DNA of 63,457 nucleotides, the filler included, from Basidiobolus ranarum (taxonomy: Eukaryota): assembly GCA_040143965.1 (NCBI GenBank). It is 2 parts of 2 records of this genome, joined end to end, with 100 filler letters (N's around TTAATTAATTAA, not from the genome) between each part and the next. Parts side by side here need not be neighbours in the genome. Positions count along the whole stretch, not along the records: positions 31,894 to 63,457 come from JASJQH010006964.1; 1 more part is not named here. One strand, 5' to 3'. This document shows, piece after piece, positions 36,558 through 49,618 of the stretch. Within the stretch, counting starts at the first letter, position 1. Each line of letters opens with the position of its first letter. The position numbers and the translations under genes were made by a program. The notes under the pieces are model-generated. The model was not told the origin of the DNA. It saw only the letters and a list, made by a program, of their open reading frames with translations, and ran no database searches.

Positions 36558-39125
36558 TCAACCTCGTAAACTTTCTGCTCGTTAACGGCTAACATTAGTA
36601 CTCTGAAAATCTATGAATCTTGAATAAACCTCTCTGCACCTTTGTTCCATCCACAAATTGGATGACCTTTCTCCCATGGATGTCTACAGTTTGAATGGTA
36701 CCATCGGAGAAGATGGATTTTTCCTAATTTAAGAGGGATATTAGCCGGAGAAAATAGCTGGTACTACTTTTAAAAAGAAATGCAGACCTCGTTGTTTGGA
36801 TATATATATTGTATTGTAGCATCGGGAAATCTCACTTCAATAGTGCCATCCACATGATGCTTCTCTAGTTGTCCATTAGCGAATTGAAAGATCTCGGTTT
36901 TGTCGGGCAAACTTGAGTGCACAGTCTTAGTTTCCGCGTAATAATAAACGATCTTTCCATCCTCAAAACTCTCTTTGGAATCACCGTTGACGAATCGTAG
37001 CTTTATATAGCCGTTTGGACGGTGTTCTTTCGTCGTTCCATTACGGTAGGATATCAACCGTGTACCATTGCCATAAATACGTTCACATTTTCCGTCAGCA
37101 TAATGGACCTCTTTCAATTCGTCTACTAAGCCCAACTCAGAGCTAAGTTTGTCTAGCTCTTTGTTTTCAAATTCAGCGCTATTGCTCTCCTCATTCACTT
37201 TTATCTGAGTGGGATTTGCAGTTGGCGCCGAGGTGCTACCTTCTGTGTTACCAGCAACAGTTACGGACTTGCACGATGCGCTATTACTATCAACAGTTAT
37301 TTGATCTAGTTTTTTCGTCAGCAAAAGATTTTGCTTTGTTAAAAGTTCAATTGTTCGCTCCAACTCCCGAGGTGTGGCATCAGGTTTAGGCTAGAGTATA
37401 CTGGTTAATATCAAAAAAGAATGAAATCTCGTAAAGAAAGCAATCACCTTAGTATTTTGCCCTATCAGCTTCGTGTTTAGATCGTTAATTATTTGTTGGA
37501 ATTCCTCATTTCTTCGGGACAATGTTATAATCCTGTCTTTAAGTCGAGCGGATTCAGCGTTGGATTTGATTTCTTTCTTTTTCAATTTTTCGTTTAATTC
37601 TTTTACTCTTTCGTGAAGTAGCTCAATTTCCTGACGTTCTCTAATGATATACATTAGTAAAGCTTAGTATGATATATCCTGGATAGAACTTACTTTTTAC
37701 TGGCCGTCGTCGAAGTTACTAAACGATGCTTATCCAATGTACGTTTTTCACGTTGGTTGTTCAATTCCATTTCTTGGCGTAGTTTTTCAAGCTTGGTGAG
37801 CTCTTCGACCTTGTACTTCTCAAACATGTCCTTTTTTATAAGAAGACCGATAAGCAAAGTGGCCTTACATTGAGATTATATTGAGGTAGAAATCGTTATG
37901 ATACCTTCTCAGTTTGTAAAATTTTAACATTTCGAGCGTGATCTCTTTGCAATCTTTCAAAATCCATCGTATTGTACTTCTCCTTTATATTTTCATTGGA
38001 ATGCTTCAACTAAATTGGAGTGGTTTGAGTGATTATGCAACTTTAAGAAGTTGACATTTGTCAAAAAACTTACTCTAAGTTCTAATCCTCTGTTGGAGTA
38101 TATTGGAGATGATGAAGGGGACTTGATAGGCAATCCAGATTCGTTACTAACAGGTGAGCGAACCTGCGTAGGTTGTGGTAATTTCGAGACTACTAAATCA
38201 TATATTTAAAATGAAATAATTAGTACACCAAGACAAAGCTTGAATAGCCTTGCAGTCATACCTGGCATCTTATTAAGCATAAAAGCTCTCTGTGAATTTG
38301 CTCGATTCGGATTCCAACTTGGTGAAAGACGTGTATGTTTATCCCGTAATTCTTCAATAGGCTTAGTCATTGACTCGCTACTCAGGTTAGAGAAACTAGA
38401 TTCTAGTAAAAATGTAAGAGTAATTTTTAAAAAAATGAAATTTTTTTATGTTTGGCATGTTGTATGAAGTTCGTGAAACTTACCTGAAGTTGCTGATTGA
38501 ACCTTTTCCATTCTATCATTGCAGGAAGTGGCCCTTGAAATCTTAACGGGAGTATCAAAGTCCTAAGATTAATTAATGGAGGGATTTCATTTACTTGTTT
38601 CTCAAATGAAAACTTACGGAAGTTGTCTCTGAGGCGCTGTCTATATCTGAATCAACGTAAGGACTATGAAAACGGATATTAGCTTTAATTCCACTTTAAT
38701 GGGAGTGTCACTTTAAGACATACTCAGTACGAAGTTTTGGCCATTTAGTTGGAGCCGGACTGGGTTTTGGCGGGTTGCTTGCTACTTCCTCTTCCAACGC
38801 TAAAAAGCCTTTCAAGGCTTCCTCTTCCCATCTCTTCTTAGAGGCCCATTTTTCGTGAACTTTTGAGCGTTCCTCCACGAGGAAATCTTTCTTGGTTTCC
38901 AAATGTTCTTTTTCTGTGTAATATTTTAAACTTGGAAACACTGAAATATTACTATTCGTACTTGCAAAGGAACTTTCAATGGGTGCATTATCTAGACCGT
39001 CTCTCTGGACCTTCAAAGTCTATTGTAGAGGGTGTTAATGAATATAATATAAAACCTTTAACCAAATGAAGCGTACTCAAAGGCTTGTTTTAAAAAATAG
39101 AGAAATATACCTCTTTATTGACCAT
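36558..39125 (-). CDS. SAS4: Centriole assembly protein SAS-4/CPAP (CENPJ) orthologue; multi-exon
   Basis: C-terminal Tcp10/G-box repeats (HYADGKCERIYGNG...YRNGTTKE...FVNGDSKE...VYYYAETKTVH...FQFANGQLEKHHVDGTIEVRFPD...FSDGT). CPAP-type coiled coil (KKERQEIELL...LKKKE...RLKDRI...RNEE) and an EEALKGFLALEEE motif. Terminal exons are inferred. Confidence 0.9.
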
Positions 39126-39830
39126 TACTCAGTAAAGTGAAGTAAATCGTATGAAGACAAAGATAATCAATTTATGGAATTGAAGCTAGTATGATGGATG
39201 CTGGTATTATTAAGTTATCGGCTAATAAGCTAATTGAAATATTCCTATTTTAGTTTAATCTGTGTTGTTTGTTGATTTATTAATCCGTTTTGGTTTGAGA
39301 TGTTCACAATGGTACACTCTTACTTGTTAATTTGATCATAAGGAACCACGTTTTGAAATTAGAAAAGCAACTTAAGGGGCTATGCACGTGGGTTTCTTTA
39401 AGAAAGAGAAGATTCATCAGTAACCAGTAAGTATTCTTGAGTAGCGTATTCTTGGCCCTGTTTCCAGTTGGCTATTGTTCGAATTGTTAGTAAATCTTGA
39501 AGCAGCAGAGTACATAAATGCTTGGCAGTCCATTGTTCAATTCAAGTAATCGCATATATATTCGAAGTTGTCTGGTGCGAATCTCACGACATTATTAACC
39601 CCTGGAAATTGACTGAGAAGTCACCAGAACTATCTCTCCTATAGCATATAGTGACTGACAAGAATAAATGCAAATATATGCACACCAAGATTACTCTACA
39701 AGAATCAACACAATCCAACTTCATCCACACTCTCTTGTATTAGTTGAATTCTTTCGCATTATAAACAGAGGCGATTGATCCCAAAAAAACGATACAAATA
39801 TTTATTTCTTTGTAGTTACTAACAACGACA

Positions 39831-42800
39831 TTACTCATTTACTGCCCACGAATCCATACTCTCTAACTCCTCGAGAGAAAACCCTTCAATAATCGGCACA
39901 TCATTAGTGGCTATATCTGTTGGTGTTGATTCTCCCTCGGGGGTAGCTTTATGCGAAACTTGCAAATGATTAACCAACAAAGACTCAATCAATTCATTGT
40001 TTAGGCCAAACTCCCAATGTTCAATTTGGTTCACGACTACCACGCTCAAAGGATCCTGATCTTCTTCCTCTTCAACCCCCATCTCTTCCAATGATTCGAA
40101 GAATTTCTCAAGAATGATCTTCTTCGCATATAAGCCACGTCTCAATTCTGTATGAATTCTTTTATATCTGAACACCAAGGACGCAGCCAGATTTTCCCGA
40201 CCCAGATCATGAATCTGTTTGACAGTGGAATGGATCAATCTTCTTCGTAACTTCATCACTGTCTTTTCAGTTCCCTTAGGCCCAGAGTTACCATTGAATT
40301 GGAATAGTGAATCAAGCATAGGTTGAGAGATACGTGTCTCGAGCATCTGCTCGAATAATCCCGTGACTAGCAATTCCACATGCAAAACTCTATCATTCAA
40401 CACCGTATCCGACAATAACTCGTCTTTCTCTTCTTCTTTTTGTTCAAGCAACTTTTGAATTTCCTCAACAACGGTTTGTCGTGTTTCCATAGAGTTTGAC
40501 AATAGACCGTGATGGTAATAACTGATCGTGTGTTGATTGGTAGCAAGTAGCTGTAACAATGACGCTTCATACTAAAATGTTGAACTTCCGTGAGAAATTG
40601 AATTTCACTTAATTGTTGATGAGAATACGAAAAATACCTTTATGCAAACGTCATTTGCAGCAGGCAGAGCCAAACGGATTAGCAATACCCACTCAGCGTA
40701 CTGGTTACTAATCATCCATTTGAACACATCGAACCAACACTCGAACAAGAATTCAGGTAGGGCACGATCAGACTCTTGGCTCTCGTTTGTCATGGATACC
40801 TCCACCTCAGCCACCCGACTTAAGGTCCAACCTCGAAGTAATTTCACTAGTCCTTGGTAATGACTTAAGCTGTTGGACATTCCCAACAGTTTCTTAAATA
40901 GCTCACATCTGGCTGAGTCGCTCTCCAAGTCCTCTCGAGTAAGCTATACAAACAAGAGCAGTAATTAGATTCTTGAAACCTATTTTCGAATACAAGTACA
41001 AGCCGTTAGCAAACCGTGTATTTCCAAGTGTCCTTCAATAGAAGCTCCAGTCTAAAGAATCCGATCTCTTGCCCAATTTCTACTTGTCCAGTAAATTCCT
41101 AAGAAGATATTCGTCAAATCAGGTGTAAATATAAATCTATATGCAAATACTCATCTAACCTCTAAGATTTTCTCCTTCTTCCGAATATTTATCAACTCTG
41201 AAAAGTGTCTAATACTCTCCAGCAAGCCCGATGGTAAAGTTTTGTTTGCCTCTAGTTCGTCGAATGACTTTTCCATGGATGTGGAAATTTTCATGATGTC
41301 ATCCGGTGAATATTTGTGATATGGAGGGAACTTTGTAGACTCTACTGGGTTGGATAAATATGGAAGGGAGTAAAGTATATAATAGTAACAAGCGACTAGC
41401 TCATTATGTGACGTAGACTCGAGGGAATCAAAGAATTCACGAGCTTCAGAAGGGTTTCTCAGAGTCAACAAGTAAGAAAGTGAAAGAGGAACTTGCCCTT
41501 TAAAGTTTCCTTGGGCAAGATCCAGTAACACTGGATCCAACTCTGTTGCCGTGGTAGCTGGTTGATGCTCGTCGATTTGTCTCATACAAGCTAATCGATA
41601 TATCATCCCCAGAACTGCATTCTTAGGATCATAGCAGGAGTCAGAATCTGAGGATATATCATATGGAGAGGTCTTGGTTGGTACTGGCGAAGTAACAGGC
41701 TTCCAATAAAATTCATAACGATCGTTAGAAGAATCAGTTTGTCGATTATCTTCCGGAATGAGGTGATGCAGCTCATCGATCGCTTCATTTAGGTTGAATT
41801 CTGATTCGTTAGACATACTTTGAACTTGCAACTGCTCCTTCAGTGAGGTTACATCTTGTTGAGTTTTCAGTGCTTTCCAAAGCTTAATGACAGTGTAGAT
41901 ATCCTCTTTGGGGCAGATACTGGAGGCAAAACTCAAAAGTTGAATACGACGATTTAAACCAATTGAATTTGAGATAGCACCAAGATCATAACAAACCCTC
42001 CAAGCCATCTCTCTGGCTTCCAGCATTCCGGTAGGCGAGGTTTGTCGGATCTTCTTACCCAAATGCATAAGCTTGTCACACATGGCATAAGCTGCCTTGA
42101 AATCTTTTCGTTTAACTGATGCCCGTGAAAGCAAAGCGTAAACCTTAATTTCAGCAGAAGGATCTTCCCTGTACCCGAGTTTATGAGCCAATTCCAAAAT
42201 CCTGCCAGGTGCTTTGTAAGCCTTCGGATGATCATCTAGAATTCGTGCGATCAACTCTAATCGATTTGGCGCTAACCGAATTTGAATTGGTAGCATTGGA
42301 ATATTTGGCTTATGCTGTAGATTATATTCAGCTAATACGTGAGTGGCTTCGATCAAATCCAGCTCCTCCTTTAGTGCTGGGGAAGTAGGGAGAACCTTTA
42401 AACTGTTCGAAATAATGAGAGAACTGAAATGGACAAGAAAATAAATCTTCCAACTACTGACCAATCATATGCCATCTTCATAAACCCTCCATTCATACTT
42501 CCGGATTCTGCATTGTCGAAAAACTCTCTTGCGACATTTATGACCAACTCTTCAGCAACCGAGGCTGGCAATGGAGGTGACTTGTCGTGAGGCAAAAGCA
42601 AATCTCTTGCCAAACGAAAACCTATATTGAAGGATTGTTAGTGGTTTGAGATCGCCGTTACATCAAAGTAACAGTTAGTTAAATAAAACGTACCTCCACA
42701 GCTCAGTAGCCCGGACAGGAATTCTTTGTATATTTCCTCTGTTGAAATCTCCCCTAATACGCCATTATTATGCAAGTCTATCATAGCCTCCAGTAACAAA

Positions 42801-45800
42801 GTCCATTCATCTTCGTTTTCGAATTTACTTCCCATTGTGTCAACGCCACCACTTGCATGTCGAGCTATTCTAACCAACAGCTGTTTCTGAATGGGATAGC
42901 TTCCCTCGCTGTCAAGATACCATCCTAGTGTTATCGGGATATCGTAACGTTCAAGGATATCAGAGGCGTTAAGATGAATTTCAAGCTTGTTGATAATGGA
43001 TTGAATATCCTTTTCGTTCATTTCTTTGAATAATCCGAAATACTCCTGCGATGATAACTCCGAAAACTTGGACTCACTAGGAATGGCCAACGACCTAGCT
43101 CCGTCAATGTCGATTTCAAAGTCAGGAAGACACTCGAAAATCTGATTCATAAGTTTCCACTGATTAGTGCTCTTCGACCCATATAGACAAGCCAACGCAA
43201 GTTGACACAACAATAGATCAGACGCGATAATTCTATCGGAATCGAGTAAGGTTGGCTTGGAGTCGTTAAAAGCTAAGTAACACCAATCCAGATGGGAGAC
43301 GGATAGCTCTAGGATGTAATCATATAAAATAGACATCGGGTCATGAACAGACTGGTCATCGGAATGATCGCATTGGTTTTTCAAATAAGGTATTACGAAG
43401 GCTCTAATGTCTCCCACAATCCTATGTTCATTCGTTTCTCGCAGAATCAGTTCCACAACTTCCTTTGGCGTTAGCTTTTCAAAGGATTCCAGTGTAATTG
43501 TCAGACACACCTCCGGCGAATCGGGATAGCATTCATAAACCAACTGCGATAAAGTGTGGAGATTGTCTTTTAGGTCTCTCAAGCCACCAACTCCGTTCTC
43601 ATCCCCAGCTTGGATTAACTGATAAGCGTGATGAACTTGACCGGAAACATTATCGATATCATGAGCACGTGAAATATACCAGTTACTAATGGTGACACCA
43701 GAAGCGGGATATTCGACTTTGTCGTGAGGAAAAGATATACCCTGATTGCTCGTCTCTTCACTTGAAATATCAAGTTGAGCCAACAAGGAAGGATTCTCCA
43801 CTGGATCCTTGTCACGCCATGCTTGATCGGGCCACAGATTCTCCTCATCTTTTTCAGTATTCACCTTAGGCAGGAAGTCTCGGTATGAAAGAGGATCAGC
43901 GATTTCCGGTATTTGATTCAGGATGGCGAATCGATATGGTAAGAGCTCAGATCCATGCCTTGTAAACAGAATTTTCAATGGTGAATATTTCTCAATCGCA
44001 GCGTATTGTAAGGCTTGCTCGATAATGTTCACTTCCCGGAAGTAAATGAAATCTTCTGCAAATGAGCCCTCCTCTACAAGTTGCTCCTCATTAGCTTTTG
44101 AATATTCGTTTCCGTCGGCTGAGTTCGTGCTGTTGGCTTGATTTTTTGAGGGCTTCTCGACAGTATCCATGATTTCGACCATGGTCTTCAAACGATCCAA
44201 ATACTTGAGAAATGCAACTCTGTATCTACACTGCAGCAGTTGCTCGCTAGAGAGCTGACTAAAGTCGTCTTGAAATTGACTCAAAACTTCTAAAACGTGG
44301 GCAGTCTCTTTAAGACCATACTCTAACAAAAGCTTTGCCGCCTCTGTATCATCAGGAATTCTCATCAAGCAAGTCTCAATTACCCAGTTGCGGTCTTGAA
44401 TGTTATCCAAAAACTTGGCAATACTCTTTGCGCTCACCTTAGCTGCATTCCACTGAGCTTGATATACGACATCTGAGTTTAGACTGTATATCTTAGCAAT
44501 GGAAAGAGCATCCTCGTACTCCAATGCTAATACCTTTCTCTCCAACAAATCTATAGGCATAATCTCCGCGAATTGAACCAACCTCAAACACTTTCTAGGT
44601 ATAGTTATATATTTACCCTTTGCTGACTTTGAATCGCCTTCGAAATTCCACAAGAAAGTATTTGTGATATAATACAATGAACTTCCAATAAATGAGGATA
44701 CGTGTTTGAACAAGGGTCGGGCCGTTTCTAACTCATCTTCAAAGTCAACTTCCTCATTTTGTGAAGGATGGATATATGTGAGTTTATTATCACGATGCAG
44801 ACGCGCTCTAAGCATCAGCGTTTCATGCTCCAGCAGATAAAATCGATTGTCCAAAGGCTTGGAAATCTCTAAGTTAGATTTCAAATGTTCGGGTGAATCA
44901 CCTAGCATATTCAGATAATTCGAAATTTTGAAGATCAACATGGCTCCATGCTCATACCCAAGAACAATCGAATCTGAATTTGAATCCCACCACTGAGCAG
45001 TGACAACTCTACCACTATCCAAGGTAGGATTAACTGGGTCGGCTTTGGTACGACTCTCAGGTTCCCTCTTCAATTTTTCTTGAAATTCGGAGAAAGTGAG
45101 ATTCTTGTGTGTTCCTGGCCTAGCGAAATAGGTCAACTCCTCTCGCTTCCAATGATGGATCAAGTCAACATTGGAATCCTCCAGTATTTTCCAGACTTTT
45201 AAGGTGCCTAAGAAATCTAAGGATAGGAGATGACTACCATCTGGTGAAATAGTGACACAACGAACCACCTCATCAATGAAACTTTTCTTTCTTTTGCGCA
45301 AAGTTGAGACGATATTTTGAATCTTGGTAACAAATCCTACTTCCTCGGGTTCGTCTTGCATTTTCAAATTTGAATCATTAGTAATCGACTCATCAATAAC
45401 ATCCCCATCAAAGTGGTGATAAAATGGTGGAGTAGAGGACATCTTCCACCCAGACATAGATGGAAAGCATTGGACGCTTTCTGGAGACTGATTAGAATCA
45501 TTACCAATAGGGTCTTTTGAGGCGCCTTTACCGGCTATATACAGTACTCTGGTTAGTGGGTGGATGCTTGCACTCACGACCGTTTCGTAGCGAGACTTGA
45601 ATGAATACTTATGAAAAGGTGTGAAAATCCCCGAATCTGAAACACCTTCTTTAGGATAAGAAGAGCCAAGGTTCTTGCGATAATTCAATGGGATTTGGAT
45701 TTTTTCCAGTTGGCTTTCTTCCGTGAAATAATTAAACAGATAACTTCTTAATGTACCATCGTAGGTGATGCTCACAAGTTGATAACGATATGCAGCACCT

Positions 45801-46492
45801 TCAAACTGGATGGCTTCTTGATTCCAAAAGGTCGAATCGAAGAGGAACAATTGTGCAACAGGCTCGATGAAAAATTGATTACCTTCGGCATCCTCAGAAG
45901 TGTTACTTTCACTAGTTTCAGTTGACAAAGTACCTGGTACTTGTCCAGTAGGTCGCGTGCCAGCCTGTATCGAGAGAACCAATTGTCCATTTTTATCTAC
46001 AACTTCAATAGACCCATCACTTCGGGATATAGCAAGTAAATGAGAGTCAGGGCTCCAAGTGATACATCTCCATTTTGAAAAAGGATCTTTTTTGGTGTGA
46101 TACACTGCGTGGATGGTGCTAAAATTTGCCACATTCAAATGTTGATTGTCGGTCACAAATCCTTTCAAAAATCGGATTTCTAGTTTACTTTCTTGATAAA
46201 TGGCTAGTTGTTGAGCATTTGGAGAAGTACTTAGTTGCCAATCATTTTTCAGTTTGACCAGTTCTTGAATTAGTACTGGAGGGACTGTTGTTGAAATGAC
46301 CAAGCCATCAAAAGTACGTGCCAGATGTGACGTAAGATATTGAAACCATCCTTGAGAATAGTTTGTACCATTCAGATAGTTTTGACTACTTAGTTCTCCA
46401 GCTTCCTCTTCTTCAGGATCCCACTCGGCTACCACAGTGAGATCATAGAGTAGCCTATTTTTGTTGTTGTCGAAGTCTTTAGATTTTTCCAT
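39831..46492 (-). CDS. SEC39: NBAS/Sec39 (NRZ/Dsl1 ER tethering complex subunit), long form; multi-exon
   Basis: LLYDLTVVAEW N-terminus, propeller-like WRCITWSPDSHLLAISRSDGSIEV, EYEDALSIAKIYSLNSDVVYQAQW, ELLPYRFAILNQIPE, WYISRAHDIDNVSG, AREFFDNAESG, MLPIQIRL. Start taken at MEKSK (inferred). Confidence 0.92.
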
Positions 46493-47386
46493 CGGTGCTT
46501 TTATTGATAAATTAGTAAGATATTGGCATTCCAGTGTGGCCGACAGTATGAATAAACCACTTGGAAGATGCTTTGTCGTATTTCTAATAGCAATACGATT
46601 CAATAGGAATCATTCCTCAAATACCATGAAGATCTGTGTCGTAACCTTACTCTACCACGACATCATGATTCCAAAACATTCCGATAATAATATAATATCA
46701 AGTTTATGAAATAAATATAGGTATGTTGATACTATGCTATACTTGAGTTTGCCTGGAAATTTCCTAACCCTAACCCTTCAAATGAAAGATCAACATAGCT
46801 CTACCCCTCCCCCGTATAAACAAAAAATCTTTCTAACCTGAATGATTACTCAACATCCTTTTTATTCACGACCCTAAGTGAGTTCTAAATATTCCAATAC
46901 CACTTAAAAACCGGTTTTAATTTGGTCACTATCTTTTGAGTAGTCTTTTCTCTCTACAAATCTACACATCTCAGAGAATACAAACACTTCAAATCAATTG
47001 AACAGATTCTTTCCGGTTTTTTGCCAATATTTATCTTTATTTAGCAATAGTAGTATACAGTCCATTTAGACTGAGGTAGTTTGATTTTCCTTTATTTGTT
47101 ACTTGTGAGTCGAAGAAGAAAACCACTCTAACTTATTTCTTCAACAGTTAACTTAGTACGAACTTTGCATGAAGAATCGTTAGGTTTTGGAAGAGTTTAA
47201 GCTACAAATAATCTCGCGTCTTTTCACGGTCCTTTTTTATTTTATTGTAATTTACATCAGACCATCATCTGTTGGTTTTTTTTCTTATTGGTTTTATTTT
47301 GGTCACCATCTCCCCTTTGACTATTCTTATTTACAAAACACGAAACCCTCCAAAGTACACATAAACCTCAAGGGGAATTTTTGAAA

Positions 47387-48649
47387 ATGGGAAATAGCTC
47401 ATCCAAGAAAAAAAATAATAATTCCGAGGAACGGAAGGGTCAGACAACCACTTCAGACTCACCAGAGGAAGATTACGAGGAAGAGAATCTTGACTCTATT
47501 CTGATCCGGTCGCCAGATCAGCTACAAAATCTGTTAGGTATTGAAGCCATAGCTGCCCCAACTGTTACGTCCATCGGGTCTTTAAATCTATTCTCAGGTG
47601 GAGATAGACTCAAATCACTTAATGTTGACGATATGATAGCGAGACTTTTAGAGGCTGGCTATTCTGGTAAAGTATCCAAATCCCCATGCTTAAAGAACGC
47701 CGAGATTATGGCCGTTTGTCAAGCTGCTAGAGAGGTTTTTCTTTCGCAACCTTCTTTAATAGAACTTTCGCCGCCTGTCAAGGTTGTAGGGGATGTACAT
47801 GGACAATTCACCGATTTACTACGTCTGTTTGATATGTGTGGATTTCCGCCTTCTGCCAATTATTTATTTCTTGGGGATTATGTGGATCGTGGACGTCAAA
47901 GTTTAGAAACCATTCTGCTATTGTTATGTTATAAAATCAAGTACCCTGAGAATTTCTTCTTGTTACGCGGAAATCATGAATGCGCCAATGTTACCCGAGG
48001 TAAAGTGAGTTTTGTTTGGTCATAAACAAGCATGCGGCTAAAGTGTTGTGTTATGTCATGTTTAGTGTATGGATTCTATGATGAATGTAAGCGTAGATGC
48101 AATATTAAGGTCTGGAAGACTTTTGTAAACGTCTTTGATACGCTACCTATTGCTGCTTTAGTAGCGTCCAAGATCTTCTGTGTTCATGGAGGTCTGTCAC
48201 CTTCACTTATGGCCATGGACGATATCAAACGTATTGAGCGGCCCACCGACGTTCCCGACAGTGGGTTACTTAGTGATTTGCTGTGGAGCGACCCTACGGA
48301 GACATCGGCTGAATGGGAAGACAATGAGCGAGGGGTGTCCTTTTGCTTTGGAAAGACAGTAATTGATAACTTTCTTATTACCCATGATTTGGATTTGATT
48401 TGTCGAGCTCACATGGTCGTAGAGGATGGATATGAGTTTTTCAACGGTCGTACGTTGGTAACCGTTTTCTCCGCGCCCAATTACTGCGGAGAATTTGATA
48501 ATTATGGTGCGATCATGAACGTAAATGAGGATTTATTGTGTAGCTTTGAGTTGTTGAAGCCTCTAGACACGTCGGCTTTAAGGCAGCAACTGCAATTCAA
48601 TAGTAAACGTCAGTCACCACCCAACTATAATGTACGCCAATCGGTTTAA
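47387..48649 (+). CDS. PPZ1: PP1-related Ser/Thr protein phosphatase PPZ; 2 exons
   Basis: MGNSSSK myristoylation start; [22 protein letters not shown] (PPZ-type); [45 protein letters not shown]. Confidence 0.93.
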
Positions 48650-48845
48650 TGGGACTATTTCCTCACCTCGCTGGGTTCCTCCAAATCGACTTCCCATCGA
48701 ATTCTCCATACATCTCGACCTGACATCCCAGTCTAACACCCGAATATTTCTTTTGATTGAATTTTTTTCCATTTTTTTTGGATTCAGTGGAATTTTTTAA
48801 TTTACCAGCCCAGTTAACCAGCCTTAGGGTAAGTTTCTTTACGCC

Positions 48846-48915
48846 ATCATCACCATCTCTACCACTACCACCATCACCATCACCTATATCGTTTTTGTTG
48901 TTGTTGTTGTTGTTG
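48846..48915 (+). repeat. (CAC/CAT)n and (TTG)n microsatellites downstream of the PPZ stop
   Basis: Visible ccaccatcaccatcacc and ttgttgttgttgttgttg tracts. Confidence 0.8.
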
Positions 48916-49618
48916 ACCTTCTCAATACTTTTTTTATGTAACTTTTCCCTTTATTCAATCGGTTTTGAACTTAGTTTGTATATGATATATGAGTAAAAAA
49001 GTGATTCAAGTGAGATATTTTCTTTTCTTGGAACTCCACCCACTTGTAGGTCATTGATAGAATATCAGAAATCATGAATGTCATTTTTGAGGAAGAATAA
49101 TTTATTGTTAAGAGGGAAGATAAAGAAATGAGTGGAGTGGAGTGTAGTAGGTATTGAAGAGATGAGAGGAATATAGAACAATTGATTGATTTGAAATTAG
49201 TACCAAAAAGATGGATTTTCTAAGTGATATATTTACCATTTTTATTCATTCTTGGTGTAACGAATTTGGTTAGTATTCCCTAAGAATATGTATGTTCAAA
49301 TGAATTCCATTTCTTTATAAGATTCTTTAATATAAGGAATATCTAGTGAATTTATATTAATTTTTCACCTGAACTAATTTTCTATGTATAAAGATAAACG
49401 AACGTGATATAAAAATAAGGATATTTGTAAATTCTTGAATGGTATTTACGCGTATCGGAGAAAAGAAACATTATTCATGATGAATAAAGAGAATTTTGGT
49501 TTATCAACCTCCCCCCCCCCATTGAACGAATTTTGGAAGTTTCTGTCCTGATTTTATTGCATGCTGAATTTTGTATTTCCAAATGTAAACAAGCTTCCAT
49601 CCATTGATTTTCTAATAA

